A stretch of DNA of 64,000 nt from an uncultured Alphaproteobacteria bacterium (GCA_902607435.1 CACLJX010000004.1:23794-87793); one strand, 5' to 3'. Counted from the stretch's first letter, positions 11,160 to 21,162 are shown. Notes: a model not told the origin generated them from the letters alone. Made by a program: numbers and translations.

Positions 11160-11564
11160 GAGGAATTAAGTTAATTCAGGAATATAGGGTAATTAATAAT
11201 ATTTATTATAAATGTCAAAACAAAACTTATTTATATTTTTAATATAATAGTGATAGTTGGCGTGCTGAGAAATGTTAATTAATATTTTTACCTTAAAATC
11301 CAACACTTTTTACATATTTTGATAAAATAATACAACAAAGTTAAAAACATTAATAAAAACAACTAATATTTGAATTAGCTAGTTTTTTTTATTTATTTAT
11401 AATAATAAGCTGTGAAAACTAGTTTAATAATAATTATATAAACAATGCTTTAATAATAATTATCTTATTAGAGAAAAAGTCTAAATAATTGTTTAAAAAA
11501 ATAATAAATAGAAAATTAAAATTAATAAAAACTAATAAGGTTTATAATTAATAAAGTTTTAAAC
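11160..11564. other. Putative replication origin (oriC) region
   Basis: Largest non-coding gap, extremely AT-rich, between divergent rho and maf-aroE-coaE-dnaQ (conserved alphaproteobacterial origin neighbourhood). Degenerate DnaA boxes with 1 mismatch to TTWTNCACA at 11411-11419(-), 11490-11498(-) and 11557-11565(+). parS/parAB lie ~6-10 kb away. Confidence 0.65.
11423..11463 (+). repeat. 15-bp direct repeat TTTAATAATAATTAT x2 (11423-11437, 11449-11463)
   Basis: Exact copies with 26-bp period, next to a DnaA-box-like motif. Confidence 0.7.
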
Positions 11565-12164
11565 ATGTTTATTAACACCCCTTTTATCTTGGCTAGCAAA
11601 AGCAAATCAAGACAAAAAATTTTAAAAAACAATAACCTTAACTTTAAACAAATAAAACCAACATGTAACGAAAGCTATTATAAAAAAAAGCTTTTAGAAG
11701 AAAAAAAATCACCAATTAAAGTATCGCAAGAACTATCTAAATTAAAAGCAAAAAACATAAGCAAAACAAAAAAAAATATTCTAGTTGTTGGGTCTGACAC
11801 AACAATTTCATTTAAAAGAAAACTTGTTGAAAAAGCAAAAAACATGAAAGACGCAAAAAAAAAAATTACCATGCTTTCAGGAAATAAACACACAATTATT
11901 TCCAGCATATCTGTATACTATAATACTAAGTTGGTTTGGTCTAACACAGAAAAAACCATTGTTAAAATGAGAAAAATGAAAAACAAAGAAGTTGATGATT
12001 ATTTAAAAAAATCAGGAAAAAAAATATTGAGCTCGGTTGGGTGTTATCTAATTGAAAAAGAAGGCCCCAGGATAATTGAATCTATAAAAGGAGATTTTTT
12101 TAATGTTATGGGGTTCCCTCTTTTTTCTTTTTTGATCTTTTTAAAAAAAAGTTATAAAAAATGA
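11565..12164 (+). CDS. maf: Maf family nucleoside triphosphate pyrophosphatase
   Basis: ILASKSKSR, GSDT, SVGCYLIE, GDFFNVMGFPL. Confidence 0.92.
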   Translation: MFINTPFILASKSKSRQKILKNNNLNFKQIKPTCNESYYKKKLLEEKKSPIKVSQELSKLKAKNISKTKKNILVVGSDTTISFKRKLVEKAKNMKDAKKKITMLSGNKHTIISSISVYYNTKLVWSNTEKTIVKMRKMKNKEVDDYLKKSGKKILSSVGCYLIEKEGPRIIESIKGDFFNVMGFPLFSFLIFLKKSYKK

Positions 12165-12970
12165 ACAACACAAAAGCTTATGTAGTTGGAGAAAATACTC
12201 ACAAAAGCCTTTCGCCTTTAATATTTAATTATTGGTTTTCAAAATATAAAATCAATGCAGAATATAAATATAAAGAGGTAAAACCAAAGAACTTTGATAA
12301 TTCAGTTTCAAAAATATTAACAGAAGAGGGGGTGCGCGGACTAAATATTACCAATCCCTATAAAGAAAAAATAATACCGTATTTACACAAAATAGACCGT
12401 GATTCTAAAAAAATTGGAGCAGTAAACTGTGTTTCAATATCAAAATCTGTATTTTATGGAACCAACACAGATTGGATAGGCTATAGCGAAGCATTAAAAG
12501 AAAAAATATTACAAAAAACAAACAAAAACAAAAAAGCAATAGTTATAGGTTTTGGTGGAGCAGCAAAAGCTGTTTTATTTTCATTAAACAAGCTAGGATA
12601 TCAAGAAATCCACATTTTTAACAGAACCCCAGAAAAGATAAAAAACCTACAAAATAAATTTTTTTTCCCACACCCACTGGCAGATATTTATAATCACATC
12701 AATTCAGCAGACATTATAATTAATACCACACCAACAAATGTTTTGCGCAAACTAGATAACAATAAAATAAATCACAAAATTATCGCTTCTGATATTGTTT
12801 ATAGACCTATGGAAACTGATTTTTTAAAAATTTTTACAAAATCAAAAGACAAAATTTATGGAATATCAATGTTGTTACACCAAGCAGTACCCTGTTTCGA
12901 GCTTTGGTTTGGTATTAAACCAACTATTGATGAAGAACTACTAAGGTTAGTTAAGGGAGAAATTATTTAA
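12161..12970 (+). CDS. aroE: Shikimate dehydrogenase
   Basis: SLSP, NITNPYKE, GAVN, NTDWIG, GFGGAAKA, DIVYRP. Confidence 0.95.
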   Translation: MNNTKAYVVGENTHKSLSPLIFNYWFSKYKINAEYKYKEVKPKNFDNSVSKILTEEGVRGLNITNPYKEKIIPYLHKIDRDSKKIGAVNCVSISKSVFYGTNTDWIGYSEALKEKILQKTNKNKKAIVIGFGGAAKAVLFSLNKLGYQEIHIFNRTPEKIKNLQNKFFFPHPLADIYNHINSADIIINTTPTNVLRKLDNNKINHKIIASDIVYRPMETDFLKIFTKSKDKIYGISMLLHQAVPCFELWFGIKPTIDEELLRLVKGEII

Positions 12971-13572
12971 TGATAGTTGTTGGCTTAACTGGTGGCATAG
13001 CCAGTGGCAAAACAACGATTTTAAAATTTATAAAGAAACTAAAAATTCCTACACATGATTCAGACGAATGTGTAGGAGATTTATACAAAAAGCCATCAAA
13101 AATATTCCTAAAACATTTGCGTGATATTGGACTAAAAAGGGCCATTAGAGAAAAAAAAATTGACAAAAAAATAATTCAAAAAGAGATTTTTAAAAATAAA
13201 AAATTATTAAAAAGCTTTGAAAAATTTATTCATAATGAGGTTGCAAAATCACGAAACACCTTTTTAAAAAAAAATAAAAAACTTAATAAAAAAATTGTTT
13301 TTTTAGACATCCCACTTCTTTTTGAAAAAAAACTTGAATCAATCTGTGATTATATTTTTCTTACTTCTTCTCCAAAGTATATAAGAAAAGAACGAGCGCT
13401 TAAAATTAAAAAAATAGACAAAAAGACATTAGACAGAATTATAAGCTTTCAGACCCCAGAAAAAATAAAAAAAAACAAGTCTGATTACATAATTCAGACT
13501 TCAATAGATAAAAGAAAAAGCTATAATCAATTACTGAAAGCAATAAAGGAAATAACTGATAATAATAAATGA
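12970..13572 (+). CDS. coaE: Dephospho-CoA kinase
   Basis: GLTGGIASGKTT, DIPLLFE. Confidence 0.95.
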   Translation: MIVVGLTGGIASGKTTILKFIKKLKIPTHDSDECVGDLYKKPSKIFLKHLRDIGLKRAIREKKIDKKIIQKEIFKNKKLLKSFEKFIHNEVAKSRNTFLKKNKKLNKKIVFLDIPLLFEKKLESICDYIFLTSSPKYIRKERALKIKKIDKKTLDRIISFQTPEKIKKNKSDYIIQTSIDKRKSYNQLLKAIKEITDNNK

Positions 13573-14249
13573 GAGAAATTGTAGTTGATACAGAAACCAC
13601 TGGTTTGGACTTTAAGGCAGGAGACAGAATTGTCGAAGTAGCCTGTGTTGAGCTTGTTAATCACATTGCAACTGACAACAACGTTCAATTTTATTGTTCA
13701 ACAGATAAAAAAATAAGCGAGGGTGCATTCAGAGTTTCTGGTTTAACTAATGACTATCTTAACAAATTTCCAACTTTTGCGAAGCAAGCAAAAAAATTTT
13801 TAAACTTTATTAAAAATGACACGCTTATTATTCACAATGCCGATTTTGATCTTGGTTTTATTAACAATGAACTAAAATTGATGGGGGGCGAAAAAATACA
13901 AAACAAGGTTGTTGATACAGTCGCCCTTGCCAGAAAAAAATTAAACACACGCATAGCAAACTTAGATTATTTGTGTAAAAGATTGTTTATTGATTTAAGC
14001 AAAAGAACTTTTCATGGAGCATTATTGGATTGTCAATTACTAGCAGAAGTTTATTTAGAACTTCTAGGGGGGAGGCAAACGAGTTTAATGCTAAGTAACA
14101 CGCCTAATTTAAAAAATAAAACCAAAACACACAAAGAAAAAAAACCCCAATATATTCCTAGAGCAAAAATTACTGAAAAAGACATACAAGAACACAAAAA
14201 TTTTGTTGCTGATTTAAAAAACGCTTTATGGCATAAAGTGGGTTATTAA
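13569..14249 (+). CDS. dnaQ: DNA polymerase III epsilon subunit
   Basis: DTETTG, HNADFD, HGALLD, YLELLGGRQ. Confidence 0.96.
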   Translation: MREIVVDTETTGLDFKAGDRIVEVACVELVNHIATDNNVQFYCSTDKKISEGAFRVSGLTNDYLNKFPTFAKQAKKFLNFIKNDTLIIHNADFDLGFINNELKLMGGEKIQNKVVDTVALARKKLNTRIANLDYLCKRLFIDLSKRTFHGALLDCQLLAEVYLELLGGRQTSLMLSNTPNLKNKTKTHKEKKPQYIPRAKITEKDIQEHKNFVADLKNALWHKVGY

Positions 14250-14267
14250 AAAGAAAAGAGACGCATT

Positions 14268-14858
14268 ATGGGATTTGGAGATCTACAATTTTACGATATA
14301 ATTATTTTTGCAGGGGTGGCTATTTTTTTGATTTTTAGGTTAAGAAATGTTTTGGGGAAAAGAACAGGATTTGAAAAAGATAATACTAGAATGCCGTCTA
14401 ATGAAGTCAAAAAAAACAACGAAGAAAAAGAGACCCAATATATTCCAGAACTAAATGACAATATTATAGAGTTAAAAAAAGCATATGAAAATTTAGAGGG
14501 CTTTGACCACAAAAATTTTATTGAAGGGGCCAAACTAGCGTTTGAGACGATAATAAATTCTTTTAACAAAGGAGATAAAAAAAGTCTTAAAAACCTTTTA
14601 ACTAAAGATGTTTATCAAATTTTTGAAAAAGAAATTAATCAAAAAAATATTGATCCAGAAAGTCAATTTTTTTCTTTGAATATAGAAAAAATTGAAAATG
14701 TTGTTGTAGAAAAAGGAATTATAAAAATTAGCATTAAATTTATAAGTGAACAATTTAAAAACAACGATGAATCAACCGTTGTAAAAAAGCAAGATGTCTG
14801 GACTTTTGAAAAACCCACAAAATCCAAAAACCCAAATTGGCTGCTTTCATCTACATAA
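14268..14858 (+). CDS. Tim44/TimA family membrane-associated protein
   Basis: N-terminal TM + RLRNVLGKRTG, FIEGAKLAFE, DVWTF..NPNWLL. Confidence 0.9.
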   Translation: MGFGDLQFYDIIIFAGVAIFLIFRLRNVLGKRTGFEKDNTRMPSNEVKKNNEEKETQYIPELNDNIIELKKAYENLEGFDHKNFIEGAKLAFETIINSFNKGDKKSLKNLLTKDVYQIFEKEINQKNIDPESQFFSLNIEKIENVVVEKGIIKISIKFISEQFKNNDESTVVKKQDVWTFEKPTKSKNPNWLLSST

Positions 14859-14859
14859 T

Positions 14860-15300
14860 TTGTTTGATTTATCTAAGCTTTGCATCCGTATTCAAAAAAA
14901 CGAAGGTTATTGCAATAAGCCATACAAGGACAAACTGGGGAAAAGCACTATTGGATACGGACACCTAATAAAAAAATCTGAAAGACATTTGTTTGAAAAA
15001 TCACAATCAAAGCACTTTTTAATGAAAATATTTTTAAAAGACCTAAATATAGCAATAATAAATTTTAAAAAATATTATGATGTTAAAACAATCCCAGACA
15101 ATATTCAGGAGGTTATTATTGAAATGATTTTTCAGCTTGGAATCAAGAATGTTTTGAATTTTAAAAAATTTAATAAGTACATTAAAATGAATCAATTTTT
15201 CATGGCAGCACTCGAAATGATGGATAGTCGTTGGTATAAACAAACCCCCAAAAGAGTAAATTTATCAATAGGGGTAATGCTCAATCACAGCAATGACTGA
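14860..15300 (+). CDS. T4-type (GH24) lysozyme
   Basis: E-x8-D-x5-T triad (NEGYCNKPYKDKLGKSTIGYGH), EMIFQLG, SRWYKQTPKR; likely start is TTG 14860, right after the tim44 stop. Confidence 0.88.
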   Translation: MFDLSKLCIRIQKNEGYCNKPYKDKLGKSTIGYGHLIKKSERHLFEKSQSKHFLMKIFLKDLNIAIINFKKYYDVKTIPDNIQEVIIEMIFQLGIKNVLNFKKFNKYIKMNQFFMAALEMMDSRWYKQTPKRVNLSIGVMLNHSND

Positions 15301-15853
15301 TTCAAAAAACAATAAAGATGCCTTTTTAGACGCAATGAAGGGAGCAACCCCTATAAAAAAAACTTACAAAAATTATAAATCCATCCCACAACTCAAAATT
15401 AATCAAACAAAACAAAACAATAAAAAACTCGCAGTAAGCCACAACGCACCCAAAAAGCAAAATATATACGAGAAAAAAACAAGTTATAGTAATCTTAAAA
15501 TTGAGAAATCTAATATTAACAAAAAGCTTAAAAAAGGTCTGATTAATATTAATAAAACCATTGATCTTCACGGATTAACTCTTGAGGAAGCAAAATTAAA
15601 ATTTTTTTCAACCGTTGAAATGTGTTTTTTTGAAAACAAAAGGTGTATTCTTTTTATAACTGGAAAAGGCACAGGAAAAAATCAACATTTACCAAAAGAA
15701 AACAGACTTTTCTATGGGAAAATTAGAACTGAATTTATACGCTGGACTCTTGAAGCAGAAGTTAATCAAAAAATTTTAAATATTGAACAAGCCGGAATAT
15801 CACATGGTGGAGACGGAGCTTTTTTTATTTATCTTAGAAAAAATAAAAATTAA
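15293..15853 (+). CDS. Smr/MutS2 C-terminal domain protein
   Basis: IDLHGLT, ITGKG, HGGDGAFFIYL. Confidence 0.93.
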   Translation: MTDSKNNKDAFLDAMKGATPIKKTYKNYKSIPQLKINQTKQNNKKLAVSHNAPKKQNIYEKKTSYSNLKIEKSNINKKLKKGLININKTIDLHGLTLEEAKLKFFSTVEMCFFENKRCILFITGKGTGKNQHLPKENRLFYGKIRTEFIRWTLEAEVNQKILNIEQAGISHGGDGAFFIYLRKNKN

Positions 15854-16548
15854 ATCTTATTTAACTTTAAAAGTAGGCCCTTGAATTTAATTTTAACAAC
15901 CAAGGGCATTTTAAAAGATTTTTCATTTAATTCTTGGTTTATCTCAATGTATTTCAAATCATTTTTCTTGTGATCAGCCCAAATATTTACATAATTTTGT
16001 ATTAAAATATTTTTTGTTTCGATGTTGTTGGTATTTTTTTTTTCGCTAACTTGCATTGCATAAATACGACGCCCATCAATCGTTTTAGATTGTTCCTGTC
16101 CCAACAATATATTTAAAAAAGAAGATAGAGGATCAAAATGGTTTGTTATGCCAATATATTTAATTCTCGCATGTTCTGTTTCTTCGGGCGATAATTTTAA
16201 TTCGATTAAGGAATCATTTTCAAAAATCATTTCAACCCTTGTTTTCTTTTTTTTTGTTAACCAAATTTGATTATATTTTATTGGAACTAAGGCATTATTT
16301 ACAATAAGCCCTTTCGTTTCATATTCGCCTTCAAATTTATATAAATGTGATAAAAACGCATTATTTTCTAATTTTATTGAAATTTTGTATTTGTTTTCAT
16401 CAAGATTGATGTTCCAAAACAAATTTCCAATATTAATTTTACCAACCTCAATAACATACGCCTCTTTATATTCTTTGGCGAATAATGGAGAAAAAATAGT
16501 AAACGCCAAAAAGAACAATAAACTAAAAAACTTAAAAAATAACTTCAT
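15850..16548 (-). CDS. Exported protein, DUF3108-like
   Basis: Signal peptide; DPLSS and IDGRR motifs. Confidence 0.55.
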   Translation of the reverse strand: MKLFFKFFSLLFFLAFTIFSPLFAKEYKEAYVIEVGKINIGNLFWNINLDENKYKISIKLENNAFLSHLYKFEGEYETKGLIVNNALVPIKYNQIWLTKKKKTRVEMIFENDSLIELKLSPEETEHARIKYIGITNHFDPLSSFLNILLGQEQSKTIDGRRIYAMQVSEKKNTNNIETKNILIQNYVNIWADHKKNDLKYIEINQELNEKSFKMPLVVKIKFKGLLLKLNKI

Positions 16549-17929
16549 ATATATTTAAAGATTCTTTTTTAAATTTAACTTTTTCTATGCCCACAAGATT
16601 TAATGTATATTTGTTTTTAAGGTATTCAAGCTCGCCTTTAAACCCAATAAAAATAAAATTTTTTTTTACATCCTCTGGCAGAGGATTTGTTATTTGAAAG
16701 TGATGCTTAACTCCCGTATCAGGAACAAGAGGCGTATACATTGTAATTTTATCATTACGAAAGATGTAGCCTAAATTAGAAAACAACATTCTGTCACTTA
16801 CGACAAGTCTTTCAATAGATTCAGAATTGTTTTTAACCAATGAATTAGCAAAAAAGGTGATGCCATTAATTCTATTAAAAAGCTCATAAGATGAATTTGA
16901 AGCTATAAGAAGAAACACAACCATGCCTATAAAAAAATTAGCAATATTGTTGATAAAAATTACTCTTTGACTATATTTATATATTGTATGAACAAATAAA
17001 ATTATAAAAGAAATTAAAGATACGGCTGCCCAGTTTGCGTTTGCTCTAACCAACATACTTTCAGCCAATATAATAAAAAATATTGGTAGTGAAAAAATTA
17101 AAAGAAATTTAGTGTTAAAATCATATTTCAATTTTTTGACAAATATAAAAATAAAAAATAAAAAAATCAAAGGTCCTATCATAATGATTTGACTACCAAA
17201 AAATTCCAAAAATCCAATAAAGTTTAGATTTATTCTTTGTAAAGCCGCATTATCAATTGTATGAAAAAGAGTTGCCCAGTTATTATTAATGTTCCAAATA
17301 ATATTTGGGGATGTCACTATCCCCATTGTTATTATAAAATATAAAAAATTTATTTTTTTTTGCAAAAAAATTTTTCTCATTTCTTTTTCAAAAAATAAAA
17401 CAGCCATACAAATGATAAAATATATTCCAGCATATTTAGCTAAAAATGCCAGGCCAACAAATATACCCAATAAAATAAAATTTATCCTATCAGGCCTTTC
17501 TTTAATAATTAATAATTGTAATAGTGCCACAGACCAAAAAAAAATCAGCAATATATCTGTCGAAACTAAAAAAGAAGAAACTGAAACAGCGGGCATTAAA
17601 AAAAAAGTTATAGAAGTTAATAAAGCCAATTCTTTGTTATTAAATAATTTGCTTGAAACTAAAAAAATAACATAAGATGTCAAACAATATATAAAAATTG
17701 AGATCATCTTAATTACAAAAATACTGTTTCCAAAAATCCAACAAACCAGCCCAATTGTCCATGATAACAAAGGAGGCTTAGAATAATACCCAAAGTCAAA
17801 ATCTCGAGACCATAGCCAATATTGCGCTTCATCTCCAAAAAGATCAAAGTTTGTTATATGAATAGATATAATTTTAGTTATCAATAAAAACAAACATATA
17901 AAAAATAAAAAATAGTTTTGTTTAAGCAT
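16532..17929 (-). CDS. ArnT/RgtD-like (PMT_2/GT83) polyprenol-phosphate-sugar glycosyltransferase
   Basis: DLFGDEAQYWLWS, GYYSKPPL, STD, LAKY, PNIIWN, ANANWA; multi-TM. Confidence 0.85.
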   Translation of the reverse strand: MLKQNYFLFFICLFLLITKIISIHITNFDLFGDEAQYWLWSRDFDFGYYSKPPLLSWTIGLVCWIFGNSIFVIKMISIFIYCLTSYVIFLVSSKLFNNKELALLTSITFFLMPAVSVSSFLVSTDILLIFFWSVALLQLLIIKERPDRINFILLGIFVGLAFLAKYAGIYFIICMAVLFFEKEMRKIFLQKKINFLYFIITMGIVTSPNIIWNINNNWATLFHTIDNAALQRINLNFIGFLEFFGSQIIMIGPLIFLFFIFIFVKKLKYDFNTKFLLIFSLPIFFIILAESMLVRANANWAAVSLISFIILFVHTIYKYSQRVIFINNIANFFIGMVVFLLIASNSSYELFNRINGITFFANSLVKNNSESIERLVVSDRMLFSNLGYIFRNDKITMYTPLVPDTGVKHHFQITNPLPEDVKKNFIFIGFKGELEYLKNKYTLNLVGIEKVKFKKESLNIYEVIF

Positions 17930-19253
17930 ATTTTTTTAAATAATATTTTGTTTGAAAATAATAGCTTAAAAACAAAATTACAGCAGACATAACAACATCA
18001 CTAAGAAAATGACCGCCCTCCATAATTCTAATTAGTCCAAGACTAGTGCCAATAAACAATGACAGCCAAAAAAATATTTCATTTTTGGTTAAAAAATATA
18101 AGGAAATAATAGAAAAACCTACCGCCGCATCTCCAGATACAAATGAGCAATTGGTATTACATGAATTTGATATTTGATACCACGGTGTAAAATTTTCTTC
18201 ACCACCTAATTGAATAATGTCTCCAGGCCTTGATCTACCCCAGTTATTTTTTAACAAAAGATTAACAACGATTAATAAATTTAAAATGCCTGATCCCCAC
18301 AAAAAAATAATATCTTTAAATTTAAATTTATGATTCATAAAAATTATTTTTAATGGGAAAAACAAAGATATAGCTGGCAATATAAAAATATAGACAATAA
18401 CCATTGGTAGAAGTATTTTTCTAAAAAAAACTGTTAAACTATCATAGCTTTGAAGCAAAAATTGACCCTTATTATAATAAAATAAACTACTTAAATGTAT
18501 ATCAATTGATGATCCCACAGTTAAAAAAATTATTAAGAACAAAAATATAGCTAAAGAAAAAAAAATTTTGTTATTGAGATTTAATATTTTTTCCTTTGTT
18601 AAATTAATTAAAAAGTATCTTTTTAAAAAAAATTTTGTTAATTTTATTCCCAAACAAGAGACTGCTATACCCGCAGCGACATCAGTAAAAAAATGAGCCC
18701 CAACAGATATTCTGCTCAATGCAATTATTCCAGCAAAGAAAATAAGAAAATATTTTAACCTTGGTGCAAAAAATGCAATTACCAAAGCTACTGTAAATAT
18801 TATTGAAGTATGTCCAGATGGGAAGGAATGAAATTCAGAATTTAGACTAAAAAAATTAAAACCCAAACCATCTTCAAAAGATGTATAATTTGGTCTGGGC
18901 CTACCCATAATATGTTTTAGCAGTTGTGTTAGTAAGCCAGTAACTATAAGTGCAAAGAATAAAAAAAGACTAAAATTTTTGTAAATTTCAATTCTGCTAT
19001 TAAATTTTTTAAAATAGTTAAATTTTTTTATAAAATAAAAAAATATTATTAGAAATAAGGAAAAAATATAATACCACGCAGAATCTCCCAAAACTGTTAT
19101 TTGTTCAAAAAATTCTTTTAAATAAATATATTGGAGTGAATTATTTAAATTAACAAAAAAAATATAGAATCCAATGTCAATATTATATGAAAAAAAAATG
19201 TTGAAAAACAAAACTCCTAAAATCAATAATTCTATTTGAAATTTTTTTATCAT
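17922..19253 (-). CDS. Tandem double PAP2 phosphatase (LpxE-like + LpxF-like domains)
   Basis: Domain 1: KHIMGRPRP/FPSGH/SRISVGAHFFTD. Domain 2: KNNWGRSRP/NCSFVSGD/RIMEGGHFLSD. Confidence 0.82.
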   Translation of the reverse strand: MIKKFQIELLILGVLFFNIFFSYNIDIGFYIFFVNLNNSLQYIYLKEFFEQITVLGDSAWYYIFSLFLIIFFYFIKKFNYFKKFNSRIEIYKNFSLFLFFALIVTGLLTQLLKHIMGRPRPNYTSFEDGLGFNFFSLNSEFHSFPSGHTSIIFTVALVIAFFAPRLKYFLIFFAGIIALSRISVGAHFFTDVAAGIAVSCLGIKLTKFFLKRYFLINLTKEKILNLNNKIFFSLAIFLFLIIFLTVGSSIDIHLSSLFYYNKGQFLLQSYDSLTVFFRKILLPMVIVYIFILPAISLFFPLKIIFMNHKFKFKDIIFLWGSGILNLLIVVNLLLKNNWGRSRPGDIIQLGGEENFTPWYQISNSCNTNCSFVSGDAAVGFSIISLYFLTKNEIFFWLSLFIGTSLGLIRIMEGGHFLSDVVMSAVILFLSYYFQTKYYLKKYA

Positions 19254-19291
19254 GCCAGATGGTTAGGCAAGGTTGATATAAAAATCAATAT

Positions 19292-20605
19292 TTAAAGTAT
19301 AAATTTTGATAAATCCTGACTTCTAATTAATTCCCCAAGATTTTTTTCAACATATTGTTTATTAATTTTAACCTTTTTTGGTCCTATATCAGAAGCATTA
19401 TAACTTATATCTTCAAGCAATTTCTCCATTATTGTATGCAGTCTTCTAGCTCCAATATTTTCTACATTAGTGTTAATTTCAGTTGCAAGTTCAGCAATTG
19501 TATCAACACCATCATCTTCAAAAATGAGATCAATTTTTTCAGTGCCTAGTAAGCCAACATATTGTTTTATTAGACTATTTTGTGTTTCGGTTAAAATTAA
19601 TTTGAAATCATTTTTTGATAGACTCTCTAGTTCAACTCTTATTGGCAATCTACCTTGTAATTCGGGCAACATATCAGATGGTTTAGAGGTATGGAAAGCA
19701 CCCGATGCTATAAATAACACATAATCTGTTTTAATTACCCCATGTTTAGTGCTTACAGTAGTTCCTTCAATTAAAGGAAGTAGATCGCGCTGAACCCCCT
19801 CTCTTGATACATCGGCCCCACTTCTTTCACTGCGGGATGTTATTTTATCAATCTCATCAATAAAAACAATTCCGTTTTGTTCCACATCATCAATGGCATT
19901 TTTAATTATTTTATCATTGTCTAATAATTTTTCCGTTTCTTCCTGTAATAAATATGTATGCGATTCTTCTACGGTCATTTTTTTGTTTTTTTTAGGAGCT
20001 GAGAATGATTTTCCAAAAACATCACCAAGATTAATCATGCCCATTTGAGAACCGGGCATTCCCGGGATGTCCATTGTTGGAAGATTAAACGAAGAATTAG
20101 AACTAACTGGAATTTCTATTATTTTTTTATTAAGTTCTCCGCTTCTAAGTTTCTCTCTGAAATTTTCTCTAGTTGCCGGACTGGATGATTTAGAAACCAA
20201 AACATCCAAAACTCTCTCTTCTGCATTTTTTTCTGCATGAGCTCTAATTTCTTTTCCCATACTTATTTTTGTATTATTTATACTTGTTTCAACAAGATCT
20301 CTTATAATTTGTTCTACGTCTCTTCCAACATAACCCACTTCAGTAAATTTTGTTGCTTCAACTTTAATGAAAGGAGCATCTGCCAATCTAGCGAGCCTTC
20401 TTGATATTTCTGTTTTTCCACAACCAGTGGGACCAACCATTAAAATATTTTTTGGAAGTATTTCCTCTTTTAAACTTTCAGGCAATTGTTTGCGTCTCCA
20501 CCTGTTTCGCAAAGCAACAGCAACAGCTTTTTTTGCATTATTTTGACCAATTATAAATTTATCAAGTTCTGAAACTATTTCTCTTGGACTAAAACTAGAC
20601 TCCAT
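19292..20605 (-). CDS. hslU: ATP-dependent protease ATPase subunit HslU
   Basis: [34 protein letters not shown]; start placed at MESSF (20605). Confidence 0.97.
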   Translation of the reverse strand: MESSFSPREIVSELDKFIIGQNNAKKAVAVALRNRWRRKQLPESLKEEILPKNILMVGPTGCGKTEISRRLARLADAPFIKVEATKFTEVGYVGRDVEQIIRDLVETSINNTKISMGKEIRAHAEKNAEERVLDVLVSKSSSPATRENFREKLRSGELNKKIIEIPVSSNSSFNLPTMDIPGMPGSQMGMINLGDVFGKSFSAPKKNKKMTVEESHTYLLQEETEKLLDNDKIIKNAIDDVEQNGIVFIDEIDKITSRSERSGADVSREGVQRDLLPLIEGTTVSTKHGVIKTDYVLFIASGAFHTSKPSDMLPELQGRLPIRVELESLSKNDFKLILTETQNSLIKQYVGLLGTEKIDLIFEDDGVDTIAELATEINTNVENIGARRLHTIMEKLLEDISYNASDIGPKKVKINKQYVEKNLGELIRSQDLSKFIL

Positions 20606-20610
20606 ATTAA

Positions 20611-21162
20611 TTAAATATCTATTTTTTCTATAATTATGTTGTGATTTGTATAAACACATATGTCAGCTGCAATTTTAAGAGATTCTAAAGCGATTTCTTC
20701 TGCATTGAAATCTGTGTTATTAATTAAAGCTTTAGCTGCACTAATTGCATAAGGCCCCCCAGAACCAATGCCAAGAATTCCATCATCTGTTTCAATAACA
20801 TCACCTGTTCCAGATATAAGAAGGCTTATGTCTTTATCCGCAACAATCATCATTGCCTCTAAACGCCGAAGGTACCTATCAGTTCTCCAGTCTTTTGCTA
20901 ATTCAACACAGGCTCTTTTTAATTGGTTTTTATACTGTTCAAGTTTTGATTCCAGTCTTTCAAAAAGTGCAAATGCATCTGCGGTAGATCCCGCAAAGCC
21001 GGCAACAATAGCATTATTTGCCCCAAGTCGTCTTACTTTTTTAACATTAGCTTTCATAATTGTGTTACCAAAACTTGCTTGTCCATCTCCTGCAACAACA
21101 ACTTGGTTGTTTTTTCTGATACCAAGAATGGTAGTAGCTTTAATGTTTTTTTTGTTCACCAT
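20611..21162 (-). CDS. hslV: ATP-dependent protease subunit HslV
   Basis: [34 protein letters not shown]. Confidence 0.97.
   Translation of the reverse strand: MVNKKNIKATTILGIRKNNQVVVAGDGQASFGNTIMKANVKKVRRLGANNAIVAGFAGSTADAFALFERLESKLEQYKNQLKRACVELAKDWRTDRYLRRLEAMMIVADKDISLLISGTGDVIETDDGILGIGSGGPYAISAAKALINNTDFNAEEIALESLKIAADICVYTNHNIIIEKIDI

Noticed and set aside
11423-11463. CRISPR-like repeat
   Set aside because: Only two low-complexity 15-bp copies with an 11-bp spacer, and no cas genes.
14794-15300. Prophage remnant around the lysozyme, and the longer 14794 start
   Set aside because: No other phage genes or att-like repeats; the 14794 start overlaps tim44 by 65 bp and adds residues before the T4-like fold.
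20606-20659. N-terminal extension of HslU overlapping hslV
   Set aside because: Conserved HslU sequence starts at ATG 20605; the extension is an ORF-caller artefact.
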